Assembly: GCA_036002045.1 (NCBI GenBank)
Contig: DASYTT010000095.1
Span: 3,061-67,060 of the forward strand
Source of the DNA: Gemmatimonadales bacterium
Lineage (GTDB): Bacteria; Gemmatimonadota; Gemmatimonadetes; Gemmatimonadales; GWC2-71-9
Reading direction: 5' to 3'
Length of the DNA: 64,000 nt
Made by a program: the position numbers and the translations under genes. Under the pieces are notes generated by a model. That model was not told the origin of the DNA, did not search any database, and was given only the letters and a program-made list of their open reading frames with translations. How positions within the stretch are numbered: the stretch's first letter is position 1; every line of letters begins with the position of its first letter. Positions 42,611 through 57,496 of the stretch are shown one piece after another.

Positions 42611-43596
42611 TGAGCATCCTCCGGAGGGCCTGGCCGGCCTCCATCATGCAACAATTCCCGCAATCCGTCCAGGGTGAGGTTGCCGCCGCTCAGGATGAGC
42701 GCGACGCGCTTACCCCGCAGCCGGTTGCGCAGCTTGCCTGCGGCAGCAAGCGCGGCCGCTCCCGCCGCCTCCGCGAGGTTGCGAGTCTGCTCGATCGTCA
42801 AGCGCATGGCGACCCGGAGCTCCGCATCGCTGACCAGGATGAAATCGTCCAGGTCGCGGCGCAGGATGAATTGGGGCAGCTCGAACGGGGCGCCGGTCGC
42901 CAGACCCTCCGCGAAGGTCGTGATGGGGGCTTCCACCGCGCGGCCTTCCTTCCAGGAGCGATAGGCGGCCGGCGCGCCTTCGGCCTGTACGCCGATCACC
43001 TGGATCCGCGGGTTAGTCGCCTTGGCAGCCAGGCAAGCTCCCGCCGCGCCGCTGCCTCCCCCCACCGGCACGATGATGACCTCGACATCGGGCAGCGCCT
43101 CGACGATCTCCAGCGTATGGGTGGCGACGCCCGCGATGAGCAGGGGTTCGTCTCCCGAAGAGATGTAACGCATACCTTCCCGCTCGGCCGTCTCCTCCAC
43201 GTAGCTCCTGCAATCCTGGAAATCCCGTCCGATGAAGCGGATCTCCGCCCCAAAGTTGCGCACGGCTGTGACTTTGACGGGATTGGCACCATGGGGCATG
43301 GCGATGACCGCGCGAACTCCGAAGCGCTGCGCGGCAAAGGCGATGCTCTGCCCGTGATTGCCGGTCGAGGCGGTGATCACCCCCGCCCGGCGCTGCTCTG
43401 CAGGCAAGTGCGCCATGAAATTGACGCCGCCGCGCACCTTGAACGCGCCGGTGGGCTGATGATTCTCGTGCTTGATCCAGACGTCTGCGCCGATCGCCTC
43501 GCTCAGGCCCGGGTAGGGGTAGAGCGCCGTCGGGCGCAGCTGAGGGGCAATGGTCTCCCGGGCCAGCAACACATCATCGAACGTGGGCGGGATCAC
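42607..43596 (-). CDS. PLP-dependent threonine/serine dehydratase (threonine ammonia-lyase family)
   Basis: PLP-Lys motif HENHQPTGAFKVRGG, glycine loop VPVGGGSGAAG, and TASTGNHGQS. Confidence 0.85.
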   Translation of the reverse strand: MIPPTFDDVLLARETIAPQLRPTALYPYPGLSEAIGADVWIKHENHQPTGAFKVRGGVNFMAHLPAEQRRAGVITASTGNHGQSIAFAAQRFGVRAVIAMPHGANPVKVTAVRNFGAEIRFIGRDFQDCRSYVEETAEREGMRYISSGDEPLLIAGVATHTLEIVEALPDVEVIIVPVGGGSGAAGACLAAKATNPRIQVIGVQAEGAPAAYRSWKEGRAVEAPITTFAEGLATGAPFELPQFILRRDLDDFILVSDAELRVAMRLTIEQTRNLAEAAGAAALAAAGKLRNRLRGKRVALILSGGNLTLDGLRELLHDGGRPGPPEDAQ

Positions 43597-43605
43597 GATG
43601 GCTGG

Positions 43606-46473
43606 TCAGGGCTGCTGGGGAGGCTTGATCTCCTTGCTCGCATCCCGCCGCAGGTCCTTGTCCAGGAACGGAACGCCCTCACTCAGCCAGCGCGGCGCCG
43701 GCGCCCCCCGCAAATAGTGATCGAAGTACTGGAAGTAACGGATGGTCAGGTCGCGGCGATTGGCTAACCCGCGAAGCCCGTGACCCTCACCTGGATAAGC
43801 CAGCAACACGGCGTTCTTGCCGTTGAAGCGAAGCGCGTTGTAGAACCCGAGGCCTTCCTGGAAGGAAACGGTGGGATCCGCCGTCCCGTGCATGATCAGA
43901 AAGGGCGCCGTCACTTCGCGCACGTGGGTCATGGCCGACTCGAAGCGATAGAGCTCAGGATTGTCCCAGGGTGTGGTGCCCTGGCGGCCCTGGCCGAAGA
44001 GGTAATAGTCGTAGCCGTTCGATCCGTCGCGTCCGGTGACCTGATAGGACCAACCCCAGTTATGGTTGAAATCCGAGCTCAAGTCGGTCACCCCGGCGCC
44101 CATGCCTACCGCAGCGAAGAGTCGGGAGCGCGTGCCGATGAAGGCGACCCCCTGACCTCCGTAGCTGTGTCCGTGCACCCCGATGTGCTTCGGGTCGGCG
44201 TAGCCCATGGCGATGACTTTGCGCGTCGCCGCCTCGACGGCTTCCAGCATGTCGCTGTGGGAGGTGCCGGTGTTGAAGTGGACGTCGGGCAGCATGGTGA
44301 GGTAGCCCTGACTCACCGCCTGGATCGGCACCGAGCCCATGCTCGCGAGAAAGGACGGTGCGGGATAACGATGCAGGTTCTGGGAATTCTTTTCATAGAA
44401 AGTTACGATCATGGGGCGCCGTTCACCCTGCTTGTAGTCATCCGGGATGGCCAGGATACCCTGCAGTCGCACCCCCTTCTTGTTGGTGAAGTCGAACAAC
44501 ATCCGGCGCCCCCAGGCATACTCCGCGCGCTGCGGGTTAACGTCGGTGAGCTGCTTCGCGTCCTGGAAGGACGGTCCCGCCACGCGAAGATCGGGGAACT
44601 GGGTAAAGGTCTCCCGGGTGAAAAGAAACTTGTCTGCTTGCGCAGCTTTGCTCAGCGAGCCGAAGAGCGCATCCTCATAGACCAGCTCGGTCAGCTTGCC
44701 CTCGCGCAGCTCGTAGAAGCCGGACTTCTTGGTCCATTGCCCGTAGGCTGAAAGCAGGATTGGCTTGGAGAGGTCAAGCGCCGTGGCGCGAGCCCGCTGC
44801 AGCGGCCCCATTCCTTCGGTGGACTCGGTGTTGATGGGGCGGAAACGAATCTCGTTCTTGCTGCCCACCCCGCGAGTCAGATTCGTCGGCGGGCCCCCGT
44901 CCAGGGGTACCAGCCAGAGATCGTAGCGGTGCAGCAGGACTACAGCCTTACCGTCCTTGGTCCACGAGGACAGGCCATAGGCGGGCTTGGGTCCCGGATG
45001 GTCGAACTCCTGGTCCACGAAGCTCACGCCGTTTCGGGTGAGCTGCGTCGAGCTTCCCGCGTCGAGATCGTAGAGCTGGAATTGCCCGTCACGCCAATAG
45101 AGGAAGTATTTGCCATCCGGTGAGGTCCCGAAGACATGGCTACCGGTCGAGGTATTGGTGATCTGACCCCGCAGCATGAGGGCCCGCTCACCCGTCGCGG
45201 GGTTCACCCGATAGAGGTCAGCCGAGGGCCGCTGGTAGTCGGAGATATAGGCGCGGTCATCGCGACCGATTCCCCAGCGGCCATCCAGGGTCAGCTCGAC
45301 CTCGCGCATGGTGGAATCGGCGAGTGGGATGAATTTCTGGGCGGCGACATCGAAGGCCGCGCGATAGGTGAAGTTCCGGTCGGCTTCCGCGCGCGCCATC
45401 TGCACCGACTGAATGCGCGGGTCCTTGGTATTCCAGACGTCCACGTCGGGCAGCTCGTCCGTGCCCTTCTTCTTCTCGGTGGTATCGAGCGCCGCGCGCT
45501 GCTCCCGCACCCCCAGGAAGACGAGTTTGCCATTGGCGCTCCAGACCAGCTCGCGTTTCTCGCTTACCACGTAGCCCCGTGGAAAGCCGGCCGCCATGGT
45601 GTCGAGGAGGGCCGACTGCGCCTCCCCAGGTAGCGCGAGGAGCCCGTACACATCGGCAAAGGCCAGCAGCAGGTTCTCCCTTTCCGCCTTCTTCTCGACC
45701 TCCAGCCCCTTGATGACGGCCAGCGCCGTCCCCGCTTCGTTCCAGCTGAGCCGGCTGTAATTCTTGCTGTCGTCGTCGAGCGGATGCACCCGGTTGTTCC
45801 GCAGGTCCACTACGAAGAGGCCGTTGGCGTCCTTCTCCGCCGCGTCCACCGTGTACGCCAGCAGCTCCCCCTTTGGGTTGAAGAGCGCCTCGTTGACGCT
45901 GCCGAGCAGCTGGTCGTAGCCGCTGCGCAGGTCGTGCAGAATGACGTCGGCCCCCTTGTGCTTGGCCTTGGCGTCGGGCGCTCGGCGCTTGAGCAGCAGG
46001 TGACCGGAGCCCGGGGAGAAGCTGAAGCTCTGAATATCCTCCCAGGTCTGCGTGCTGCCGGACGAGAGCTCGAGGAGTTGCGCCTTGCGCGTCACGGGCT
46101 TGTTGCCGTCGCGAAGCTTCTTGGTATCGGCGTAGGGCTGCTCCACGTAATAGGCGACCCACCGGGAGTCATCGGAAATCGCCGGCTGGGTGCCGTTGGG
46201 AATCTCTCGATCTTTGCCGCTATCCAGCCGGAGCACGTGGAGCACCGGCTGGGGGTCGAGCGCATTGGGATGGCGGAATCCATAGACGACCCAGTTCCCG
46301 TCGACCGAGATCCGGCTGTTCTCCATGCTCCGCCAGCGAGCATAATCCTCGATCGTCAGGACCTTCCTGGTGGCCTGGGACTCTGCCCGCGGGGCGAGTG
46401 CCAGCGTCGCGAACAGCGTAAGAACGAGCGGCGCGGTGCGGAATCTTTGGAGAAGCTGTGGCACGGGTCCCAT
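43606..46473 (-). CDS. S9-family serine peptidase (prolyl oligopeptidase/acylaminoacyl peptidase type) with N-terminal beta-propeller
   Basis: Signal peptide LTLFATLALAPRAES. Long propeller region. Catalytic GHSYGG, later a MHGTADPTV Asp region and a GEGHGL His region. Confidence 0.9.
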   Translation of the reverse strand: MGPVPQLLQRFRTAPLVLTLFATLALAPRAESQATRKVLTIEDYARWRSMENSRISVDGNWVVYGFRHPNALDPQPVLHVLRLDSGKDREIPNGTQPAISDDSRWVAYYVEQPYADTKKLRDGNKPVTRKAQLLELSSGSTQTWEDIQSFSFSPGSGHLLLKRRAPDAKAKHKGADVILHDLRSGYDQLLGSVNEALFNPKGELLAYTVDAAEKDANGLFVVDLRNNRVHPLDDDSKNYSRLSWNEAGTALAVIKGLEVEKKAERENLLLAFADVYGLLALPGEAQSALLDTMAAGFPRGYVVSEKRELVWSANGKLVFLGVREQRAALDTTEKKKGTDELPDVDVWNTKDPRIQSVQMARAEADRNFTYRAAFDVAAQKFIPLADSTMREVELTLDGRWGIGRDDRAYISDYQRPSADLYRVNPATGERALMLRGQITNTSTGSHVFGTSPDGKYFLYWRDGQFQLYDLDAGSSTQLTRNGVSFVDQEFDHPGPKPAYGLSSWTKDGKAVVLLHRYDLWLVPLDGGPPTNLTRGVGSKNEIRFRPINTESTEGMGPLQRARATALDLSKPILLSAYGQWTKKSGFYELREGKLTELVYEDALFGSLSKAAQADKFLFTRETFTQFPDLRVAGPSFQDAKQLTDVNPQRAEYAWGRRMLFDFTNKKGVRLQGILAIPDDYKQGERRPMIVTFYEKNSQNLHRYPAPSFLASMGSVPIQAVSQGYLTMLPDVHFNTGTSHSDMLEAVEAATRKVIAMGYADPKHIGVHGHSYGGQGVAFIGTRSRLFAAVGMGAGVTDLSSDFNHNWGWSYQVTGRDGSNGYDYYLFGQGRQGTTPWDNPELYRFESAMTHVREVTAPFLIMHGTADPTVSFQEGLGFYNALRFNGKNAVLLAYPGEGHGLRGLANRRDLTIRYFQYFDHYLRGAPAPRWLSEGVPFLDKDLRRDASKEIKPPQQP

Positions 46474-46514
46474 CTCCTAGGTTCTGGTGTGCTGCGGTCC
46501 AGGTTTTTGGGCGC

Positions 46515-47708
46515 TCACAGGCCCCCAGGTGAATCAAAATGCTCCGGCGGCAAGGTGCCGGTCGGCAGCGTCTTCCAAGGCGCGGCTTGCCAATTGTCCC
46601 GGCGGTCGGACTGGCGAGTCCAGGCCGGGAGCGGCAGCGCGAGATGCCGGGAGAGCGCAATCACATAGGGTTCGTACTTGGAGCGCAGTGCCGCAAGCCG
46701 GGCGCGAGCATCCGCTTCCTGGAACCGGATCCCTGCACCGTCGAGCTGCTGAACTAGCGCTCCAAACCCTGCGTCCGTCAAGCGTTCCTCCTGCTGCTCC
46801 GGCCGCCGGGTACTGAACATTTGCGCCAGATCGACGACGGCATGCCGCGCCATTGCGAAGCTGTACTCGGCTTGTCGAATACTCCAACCATCGAATCCCA
46901 CCAGCACCAGCGCGCTGGTGTCGAGCACGGTCGTCAGTGCAGCCAACCAGGATTGATTGCTGTGCTGCGAGCGATAGTAAGCCAGGACCGGATACGAAAT
47001 ATGGCTCTCCAGCAGCTCCGCCGCCCAGCGCTCCCAGTCGGCGAGCAATCGGGTCAGCTCCCGTTGCTCCGAGTCGCTGCGGGCACGCGAGAGCAGCTCG
47101 CCTGCCGTCGGCGGTGAGCCGGCGCGGGCATCGAGCAACGAGATCGCGATCTCCCGTCGCGAAAAGGTCTGGTAAATCACCGGCAGGTATCCGATCGTGA
47201 TGGCGAGGAAAGCGACCCCGAGCCCGGCCTCGCTCACGGTGAGGACTCTGGCAACTGCCGTCCGGGGGGCGGCGTCCCCCAGGCCGAGGGTAAAAAAGGT
47301 TGTACCGCTGAAATACAGGTCGGTAAGGAAGCCGGGCGTCTCGCCGCCCAGCTCGATCGCCGATCCCGCCGCCCAGTGGAGCGCGCCGAAGGCGAACACG
47401 ATGCTCACCGCCCAGAGTGCCAGGAGCACCAGAAGAGACGACGGCCCGAACCAGCCCAGCGAAGCCTCCCGAAACCTCTTCGGGAGACGCAACGCCGCGC
47501 CGCGCCAGAGCAGCCAGGAAGAACGGTAAAAGAGGGAAGTCGGGCGGAATCTTCGGTGCACCCGCCGCGGCAGGATGACGGTCTCGAACGCATCGCGGAG
47601 CACCAGCAGCAGCAAAGCGATGGCCACGAAGGCCAGCAAGATTCTCATGAGAGGCTTCCCACCCGCGAGCGGTACTCCAAAATAGGTCGCCACCCGGTCG
47701 GGCCGCAT
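46515..47708 (-). CDS. membrane protein with potassium-channel-like pore motif
   Basis: TM helices flank GTTFFTLGLGDAAP (a T-x-G-x-GD selectivity-filter-like motif), followed by a ~200-aa cytoplasmic tail. An alternative ATG at 47648 (MRILLAF..) is plausible. Confidence 0.55.
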   Translation of the reverse strand: MRPDRVATYFGVPLAGGKPLMRILLAFVAIALLLLVLRDAFETVILPRRVHRRFRPTSLFYRSSWLLWRGAALRLPKRFREASLGWFGPSSLLVLLALWAVSIVFAFGALHWAAGSAIELGGETPGFLTDLYFSGTTFFTLGLGDAAPRTAVARVLTVSEAGLGVAFLAITIGYLPVIYQTFSRREIAISLLDARAGSPPTAGELLSRARSDSEQRELTRLLADWERWAAELLESHISYPVLAYYRSQHSNQSWLAALTTVLDTSALVLVGFDGWSIRQAEYSFAMARHAVVDLAQMFSTRRPEQQEERLTDAGFGALVQQLDGAGIRFQEADARARLAALRSKYEPYVIALSRHLALPLPAWTRQSDRRDNWQAAPWKTLPTGTLPPEHFDSPGGL

Positions 47709-47755
47709 CCGCTGAATCGGCCAGCCAACCCTTTCAAGCCATAGAGCGTCTACCC

Positions 47756-47770
47756 CATAGACAACCTATG
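47756..47770. promoter_or_regulatory. palindrome CATAG-ACAAC-CTATG, 8 nt upstream of padR start (candidate autoregulatory operator)
   Basis: Perfect 5+5 inverted repeat read directly. CCATAGA also occurs at 47739-47745. Confidence 0.35.
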
Positions 47771-47778
47771 TTCCTCTC

Positions 47779-48114
47779 ATGACACCCACCCCGAAACGGG
47801 AGCTGCTCCCCGGCACGCTGGACATGCTGATCCTCAAGACGCTGACCGCCCAGGCGATGCACGGCTACGGAATCGCTCAGCACCTGCAGCGGCTTTCCCA
47901 GGACGTGATCCGGGTCGAGGAAGGCTCGCTCTACCCCGCCCTCCAGCGGATGCGGCAGAAGGGCTGGATCAAGGCGGAATGGCGCCAGACGCCCAACAAC
48001 CAGCGGGCGCGCTACTACACAGTCACCCCGCGCGGACGGCGCCACTTGGGCACCCAGGAGGCTGGCTTTACCGAGCTCGTCGCCGCGATTGGCCGGGTCA
48101 TGAAACCAGTGTAA
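47779..48114 (+). CDS. PadR-family transcriptional regulator (acidobacterial TIGR03433 type)
   Basis: LLPGTLDMLILKTLTAQAMHGYGIAQHLQRLSQDVIRVEEGSLYPALQRMRQKGWIKAEW..RARYYTVTPRGRRHL. Confidence 0.9.
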   Translation: MTPTPKRELLPGTLDMLILKTLTAQAMHGYGIAQHLQRLSQDVIRVEEGSLYPALQRMRQKGWIKAEWRQTPNNQRARYYTVTPRGRRHLGTQEAGFTELVAAIGRVMKPV

Positions 48115-48125
48115 GGAGAGCTACC

Positions 48126-50816
48126 ATGCGCGAATGGCTCGCCCGGCTCCGCGACTGGCTTCGCAGGGACCAGCTCGACCGTGAGCTCACCGAGGAGCTG
48201 CGCTTTCACCGCGAGCGACTGGAGCGGGAAGCGCGTGATGCGGGTGCCGATCCGGAAGCAGCGCGCTACGCCGCGGGCCGACGCCTCGGCAGCGTCGTTC
48301 AGGCCCAGGAAGCCTCGCGTGACCGTTGGTCCTGGCCCTGGCTCGACCATTTCCAGAAGGATGTGCGCTACGCGTTGCGCGGGCTCCGGCGCTCGCCGGG
48401 GTTTACCGCTACCGTCGTGCTGACCCTGGGCCTCGGCATCGGCGCCAACGCGGCGATGTTCAGCGTCATCGACCGGCTGATGTTCCGGCCCTATCCCATG
48501 CTGCGGGATCCCGCGCGGGTCCACCGAGTTTACCTGCAGTGGAATGAGCGGGAGCGCACTCGCATCGTGCCCGCATACGAGTATGCGCGCTATCTCGATC
48601 TCGCGCGGGGCACCAGGTCGTTTTCCCAGTATGCCGGATTCGCCGAGGCTGTTCTGGCGGTGGGCAGCGGGGCTCTGGCGCGGGAGCGGCAAGTCGCTAC
48701 GGTCAGCGCCACGTTCTTCGACTTCTTCGACGTGCGCCCCGCACTGGGCCGCTTCTTCGGAGCCGCGGAAGATGTGACCCCGCTCGGAGCGCCGGTCGTG
48801 GTGTTAAGCCATGCGTTCTGGCAGGCGGAGTTCGGCGGTCGCGACGTCATTGGGCAGACTCTCTCGGTCCAGAATCTCGTCTGCACCATCATTGGGGTGG
48901 CGCCCCGCGGCTTCGTGGGAGTTCCCGGCAGCCAGCCTCCCGCGCTCTTCATGCCCATTACGACCTACGCCGGGAGCAGCCAAGGGCCCGACGACCGGGT
49001 CAATTACTACAAGACGTACCACTGGGGCTGGATGAGCATGATGGTGCGCCGGAAGCCGGGGGTGAACGTCGAGGCGGCGGGTCGCGATTTGAGCCAGGCC
49101 TACCTGCCCAGCTGGAACGCCGAACGCCTCGAGGATCCCCGCCTCCCACCCGCCGAGATTGCCAAGCCAATCGCGATGGCTGGAGCGCTCAAGGTCGCAG
49201 CCGGCCCGCGGCCCGGGCTCGAGGCGAGGACGCTGCTGTGGCTGACGGGGGTCGCCGTGATCGTCTTGCTGATCGCGTGTGCCAACGTGACCAATCTGAT
49301 GTTTGCGCGGGTGCTGCGCCGGCGCCGGGAGATTTCCGTCCGCCTGGCGCTCGGGGTAAGCCGAGCGCGGCTGGTTGCCCAGAGCCTCACCGAGAGCCTG
49401 CTGTTGGCAGGGCTCGGCTGTTGCGCCGGCATCCTGTTCGCCCAATGGGGCGGCGCGGCGCTTCGCCGGCTCTTTCTACCCGCGGACGGCACGCTGGAAG
49501 TGCTGGCCGACTGGCGCACCCTGGCCGTCGCCTCGGCCTGCGCGCTGTCAACCGGGCTGCTTACCGGGTTAGGACCGGCGTTGCTCGCAGTCCGGGGGGA
49601 CTTGGCCGGCGGCCTCAAGGCCGGCGCCCGCGAGGGAACCCAGCAACGTTCGCGCCTGCGAGCGGGGCTGCTGATTCTGCAGGGCGCTCTGTCCGTGATT
49701 CTCCTCGTCGGCGCGGGACTCTTCGTCAGGAGTCTGCAGCATGTCCGTGGCATGCGGCTGGGCTACGACGCCGAGCAAGTGCTACTGGTTCGCAGGAACC
49801 TGCGCGGCGCCGAGCTGGACGACAGCAGTCTCACCGCCATGCACCAGCGGCTGCTGACAACCGCGCAGACGGTCCCCGGGGTGGAGCATGCGGCCTTCGT
49901 GAGCAGCATTCCTTTCTGGAGCACGTCCTCGACGAGCCTCTTCGTGGCGGGGATCGACTCGGTGGGCCGGCTGGGGCGCTTCACCTTCCAGCTGGGCACG
50001 CCGGATTACTTCCCGACCATGGGCACCCGCATTCTCCGGGGCCGTTCCTTCGGCGCGGTGGACCGGCCCGGAACGCCACGGGTCGCGGTGGTGAGCGAGG
50101 GCATGGCGCGGGTTCTCTGGCCCGGCCGCGATGCCCTCGGCCAATGCATCCGAGTTAGCGCCGACACGATGCCCTGCACCACGGTGGTCGGCATCGCCGA
50201 GGATGCGGTGCAGAACAGCGTGACGGAGGAACAGCACCTTCGCTACTACCTGCCACTCGAGCAAGTGCAGCCAGCCGGGGGCCACTCGCTGCTGCTCAGG
50301 ATGCGCGGCAACCCCGCGGTTCAGGTCGAGCCGGTTCGCAAGGCGCTCCAGGCGGTGATGCCGGGAGAAACCTACGTCACGGTCCGGCCGCTCAGCGAGC
50401 TGGTGGCAGGCAATACCCGGTCGTGGCAGGTCGGCGCCACGATGTTCGTGGCCTTCGGCGGGCTGGCGCTCCTGGTAGCGGCGATCGGACTGTACGGCGT
50501 GGTCAGCTATAACGTGGCCCAGCGGATGCATGAGTTGGGCGTGCGGATCGCGCTGGGGGCACAAACCGCCGACGTGGTCCGCCTCGTGATCGGCCAGGGG
50601 ATACGCTTCGCGGTAGTCGGAGTCGTGCTGGGACTGGGCGTCGCCCTCCTGCTCGCGAAGCCGGTGGAGCCACTGCTCTTCCAACAGACGGCGCGGGATC
50701 CCGCGACGTACGGGCTGGTGGCCGGCTTGCTGTTGCTGGTTGCCCTGGTGGCGAGCGCGGTGCCGGCCCGGCGTGCCACCCGAGCGGATCCCAACACCGC
50801 GCTGCGCAGCGAGTAG
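48126..50816 (+). CDS. ADOP-family duplicated ABC-type permease (MacB/FtsX-like, TIGR03434 type)
   Basis: ATG 48126 gives MREWLARLRDWLRRDQLDRELTEELRFH, the typical ADOP N-terminus. Two MacB_PCD + FtsX-like 4-TM halves. C-terminal RATRADPNTALRSE. Confidence 0.9.
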   Translation: MREWLARLRDWLRRDQLDRELTEELRFHRERLEREARDAGADPEAARYAAGRRLGSVVQAQEASRDRWSWPWLDHFQKDVRYALRGLRRSPGFTATVVLTLGLGIGANAAMFSVIDRLMFRPYPMLRDPARVHRVYLQWNERERTRIVPAYEYARYLDLARGTRSFSQYAGFAEAVLAVGSGALARERQVATVSATFFDFFDVRPALGRFFGAAEDVTPLGAPVVVLSHAFWQAEFGGRDVIGQTLSVQNLVCTIIGVAPRGFVGVPGSQPPALFMPITTYAGSSQGPDDRVNYYKTYHWGWMSMMVRRKPGVNVEAAGRDLSQAYLPSWNAERLEDPRLPPAEIAKPIAMAGALKVAAGPRPGLEARTLLWLTGVAVIVLLIACANVTNLMFARVLRRRREISVRLALGVSRARLVAQSLTESLLLAGLGCCAGILFAQWGGAALRRLFLPADGTLEVLADWRTLAVASACALSTGLLTGLGPALLAVRGDLAGGLKAGAREGTQQRSRLRAGLLILQGALSVILLVGAGLFVRSLQHVRGMRLGYDAEQVLLVRRNLRGAELDDSSLTAMHQRLLTTAQTVPGVEHAAFVSSIPFWSTSSTSLFVAGIDSVGRLGRFTFQLGTPDYFPTMGTRILRGRSFGAVDRPGTPRVAVVSEGMARVLWPGRDALGQCIRVSADTMPCTTVVGIAEDAVQNSVTEEQHLRYYLPLEQVQPAGGHSLLLRMRGNPAVQVEPVRKALQAVMPGETYVTVRPLSELVAGNTRSWQVGATMFVAFGGLALLVAAIGLYGVVSYNVAQRMHELGVRIALGAQTADVVRLVIGQGIRFAVVGVVLGLGVALLLAKPVEPLLFQQTARDPATYGLVAGLLLLVALVASAVPARRATRADPNTALRSE

Positions 50817-50828
50817 CCTCCGGGCGGC

Positions 50829-53087
50829 TTACTCCTCCTTGCGAATCAGCCTCCCCAGCGCTTCCCGATCGGGGGCCAGCAATTCGGCAACTCGATTCTG
50901 GTCGACGTCGGCGACGATGATTTGGCCCACCTCCGTGGTGAAATCGCGGAAGATGCCGTGTGATTTCATCTTGGCGACCTGGTACTGGTTGTCCTCGGTC
51001 GGGGTGACGTAGTGCACCGAGTCGGCATGAAAGCGATGAACCAGGAAGAGATGAACCAGTGTCATCAGCCGCTTCTTGCGCAGGGCATCCGCGAACGTGT
51101 TCTGGTCCCGCACCGAGAGGATGCTGCGGCCCCGCCGGTCGTGAATCGGGGCAAACACGACGTTGGCGAGCGGAGCATCCCCTGTGTCATGGATGCTGAG
51201 CTCCAGCAGCTCCGAGCCGGCGCGGTGGGGCCGGAGCTGCACCCGCAGGTCACCTGGGAGCTTGTAATGGCTGGTCCAGATCGCGAGCCACTCCTCGAGC
51301 AGTTTCTTGGGCACTTCCGTCTGGACGAGGTGCTGGTGCTGGGTCGAGCCCTTGCCCATGGCCATCGTGGTGGCGGTGCGGCCCGACGTCGCGGCCAGCG
51401 CCGCATCTCCACGCGGGCCGCCGACCAGCGTCTGCGGCGTGCGATAGGGTGATTCCACCAGACGAAGCTTGCGTTGCACGCGGGCCAGCGCGAGCATGCC
51501 GTCCTGTTTCAGCGCGGTGGCGAGCTCTTCGGCGGCAAGCCCGTCGATCTGGTGGCCGCCGTAGGTGATGAAGTTGAAGACATAGCCCAGCTTCCCGAGC
51601 TCTTCGGGAAAACGCCGCATCTCGTCCTCCGTCATCCCGGTGGTATCCCAGCTGAACGAAGGGGAAAGGTTGTAGGCGAGCATCTTGTCGGGATATTCGC
51701 GGTGGATCGCCTCGGCGAACTGGCGGGCGTCGGCAAGGTCAGCCGTCTTGGTCTCCATCCAGAGCACGTCGGCGAAGGGCGCCGCCGCGAGCGATTTGGC
51801 AATGGCGTACGGGATGCCGCCGCGAACCTGGTAATAGCCTTCGGGGGTCTTGGCGAGCTCGCAGTCCCAGCGGGCATCGGCGCCGAGCTGGCGGGCCTTC
51901 TCCCGCGCGGCATAGAAGGAGGCGCGCCCGGCGAAGCGCTGCCATTCCTCGCTGCTGGTCTCGACGGGCTCGCCCTCGCTGGCGCGAAAAGCGAGCGCCG
52001 CTGCGACCGCCTCACCATAGGTCTGGAGACCTGCCTGCTCCTCCCAGGCCGCCACGAAGCTCGCCGCGACACCGTCAAAGCTGCGGTCGAGCGAGGGCTC
52101 TTTGCCATTCCGGTAAGCAGCAGCCGCATCCGCGACTTTGCGGAGGAGACCCTGGCGCTCGAGCCAGGCAGAGGCGGCGGCGTGCTCGCCGTCTGGAATG
52201 GCGTAGAGCAGGTGACCGTTGAGCTCGCGGACTCCGGCCTCGTAAAAGTGGCGGATCAGCGCCAGGTAGCACGCCTTGTAGGCCGGCACGGCGCGATTGG
52301 TCGCGCCCACGAGGAAGGGCTGATCACGCTCGTCGGCGCGGCCGTCGATGAGGTTCGCCGCTTCGGCGTCGGTGCGCGCGACGATGATGCCGGGAACACC
52401 CATGAGATCGAGCTGAAAGCGCGCCGCATTCAGGCGCTTGTTCTGCTCGTCCTGGGCGACCAGCACTTTGCCCCCCTGGTGACCACATTTCTTGGTGCCC
52501 GGGCGCTGGTCCTCGATATGGTAGCCCGGCACTCCGGCCTCCACGAAGCGTCTAATCAGATTGCGCACCTGCGGGTCGCCGCCGTGGCCGGTGTCCGCGT
52601 CGGCGATGATGAACGGGCGGAAGTCGTGCACCGGCGTCGCCGCGCGCTGGGCTTCGGTCATACGAAGACGCTGGTACTGCTGATTGCGGTCGGCGGTAAG
52701 CAGAGCGCGGACCAGTGTCGCGGCTTCGTCGGGGACCTGGCTCAGCGGGTAGCTCGCGAGGTCCGGCCCCGGGTCCTCGCTGGTGCCTCCCTTGGCTGAC
52801 GTCGCCCAGCCACCCAGGTAAATCCCCTCGATCCCCATCCGCTTCAGGGTCACCGCCTGCCCCGGCGAGTAGGGGCCGAACGTGGTGATGCTCTTCCGCT
52901 CCGCAAAGAGCTGGCGCAGCCGGTCGTAGAACGCTATCGCCGCCTCGCGCGCCACCGTATGGTCATCGGCGATCGTCCCTCGCTGCTCGACCACCTGGCG
53001 CGCGCTGTAGAGACGGACGATTCCAGCGAAGCGGGGACTCGCAAACCACGCTTCGAGTGCGGCGACTTCCTGCTCGAATGCGCTCAT
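50829..53087 (-). CDS. aceA: isocitrate lyase, long (ICL2-like) form, 752 aa
   Basis: ATG 53087 (MSAFEQEV..). Catalytic signature KKCGHQGGK. An inserted domain is typical of the ~750-aa ICL class. Confidence 0.9.
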   Translation of the reverse strand: MSAFEQEVAALEAWFASPRFAGIVRLYSARQVVEQRGTIADDHTVAREAAIAFYDRLRQLFAERKSITTFGPYSPGQAVTLKRMGIEGIYLGGWATSAKGGTSEDPGPDLASYPLSQVPDEAATLVRALLTADRNQQYQRLRMTEAQRAATPVHDFRPFIIADADTGHGGDPQVRNLIRRFVEAGVPGYHIEDQRPGTKKCGHQGGKVLVAQDEQNKRLNAARFQLDLMGVPGIIVARTDAEAANLIDGRADERDQPFLVGATNRAVPAYKACYLALIRHFYEAGVRELNGHLLYAIPDGEHAAASAWLERQGLLRKVADAAAAYRNGKEPSLDRSFDGVAASFVAAWEEQAGLQTYGEAVAAALAFRASEGEPVETSSEEWQRFAGRASFYAAREKARQLGADARWDCELAKTPEGYYQVRGGIPYAIAKSLAAAPFADVLWMETKTADLADARQFAEAIHREYPDKMLAYNLSPSFSWDTTGMTEDEMRRFPEELGKLGYVFNFITYGGHQIDGLAAEELATALKQDGMLALARVQRKLRLVESPYRTPQTLVGGPRGDAALAATSGRTATTMAMGKGSTQHQHLVQTEVPKKLLEEWLAIWTSHYKLPGDLRVQLRPHRAGSELLELSIHDTGDAPLANVVFAPIHDRRGRSILSVRDQNTFADALRKKRLMTLVHLFLVHRFHADSVHYVTPTEDNQYQVAKMKSHGIFRDFTTEVGQIIVADVDQNRVAELLAPDREALGRLIRKEE

Positions 53088-53233
53088 GAGGTAACTCCTG
53101 GCTCGCATTACTATCGACCGGCTTCTCAAGCTAACGCGAAGCGATCCGCCGTGTGTGGCGCCCGCTACCTGCTCACGCGTCCCCTGACGAAACCGCCGCT
53201 GGCAGCGAACCCCGAAGTCACAGGAGAAGAGCG

Positions 53234-53593
53234 ATGCGATATGTCGATGGATTCGTGTTGCCGGTCCCGAAGAGAAAGCTGGAGGCCTACCGCCGCATGG
53301 CACAGCGATCCGGCAGGATCTGGAGGGAATACGGCGCACTCGAGTTCCGGGAGTGTGCCGGCGACGATCTCAACGTGCAAATGGGGGTATCGTTCCGGCG
53401 GCTGGCCCGGCTCAAGCGCGGTGAGACCGTGTTCTTCTCGTGGATTGTCTACAAGTCACGCCTGCATCGCGATCGCGTCAATGCCAAGGTGATGGCAGAT
53501 CCCCGCATCGCGAAGATGATGGCCCAGAAGGCGATGCCCTTCGACGTCAAGCGCATGGCCTACGGAGGTTTCAAAGTACTGGTCGACGCCTAG
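53234..53593 (+). CDS. DUF1428-family protein
   Basis: ATG 53234 follows [66 protein letters not shown] matches the family pattern. Confidence 0.75.
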   Translation: MRYVDGFVLPVPKRKLEAYRRMAQRSGRIWREYGALEFRECAGDDLNVQMGVSFRRLARLKRGETVFFSWIVYKSRLHRDRVNAKVMADPRIAKMMAQKAMPFDVKRMAYGGFKVLVDA

Positions 53594-53602
53594 GGGAGCG
53601 CC

Positions 53603-57483
<3,881 letters not shown>

Positions 57484-57496
<13 letters not shown>

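Noticed and set aside
50829-53087. Glyoxylate-shunt operon (aceBAK).
   Set aside because: Only isocitrate lyase is present. There is no malate synthase or AceK in the window, so no operon-level claim is made.
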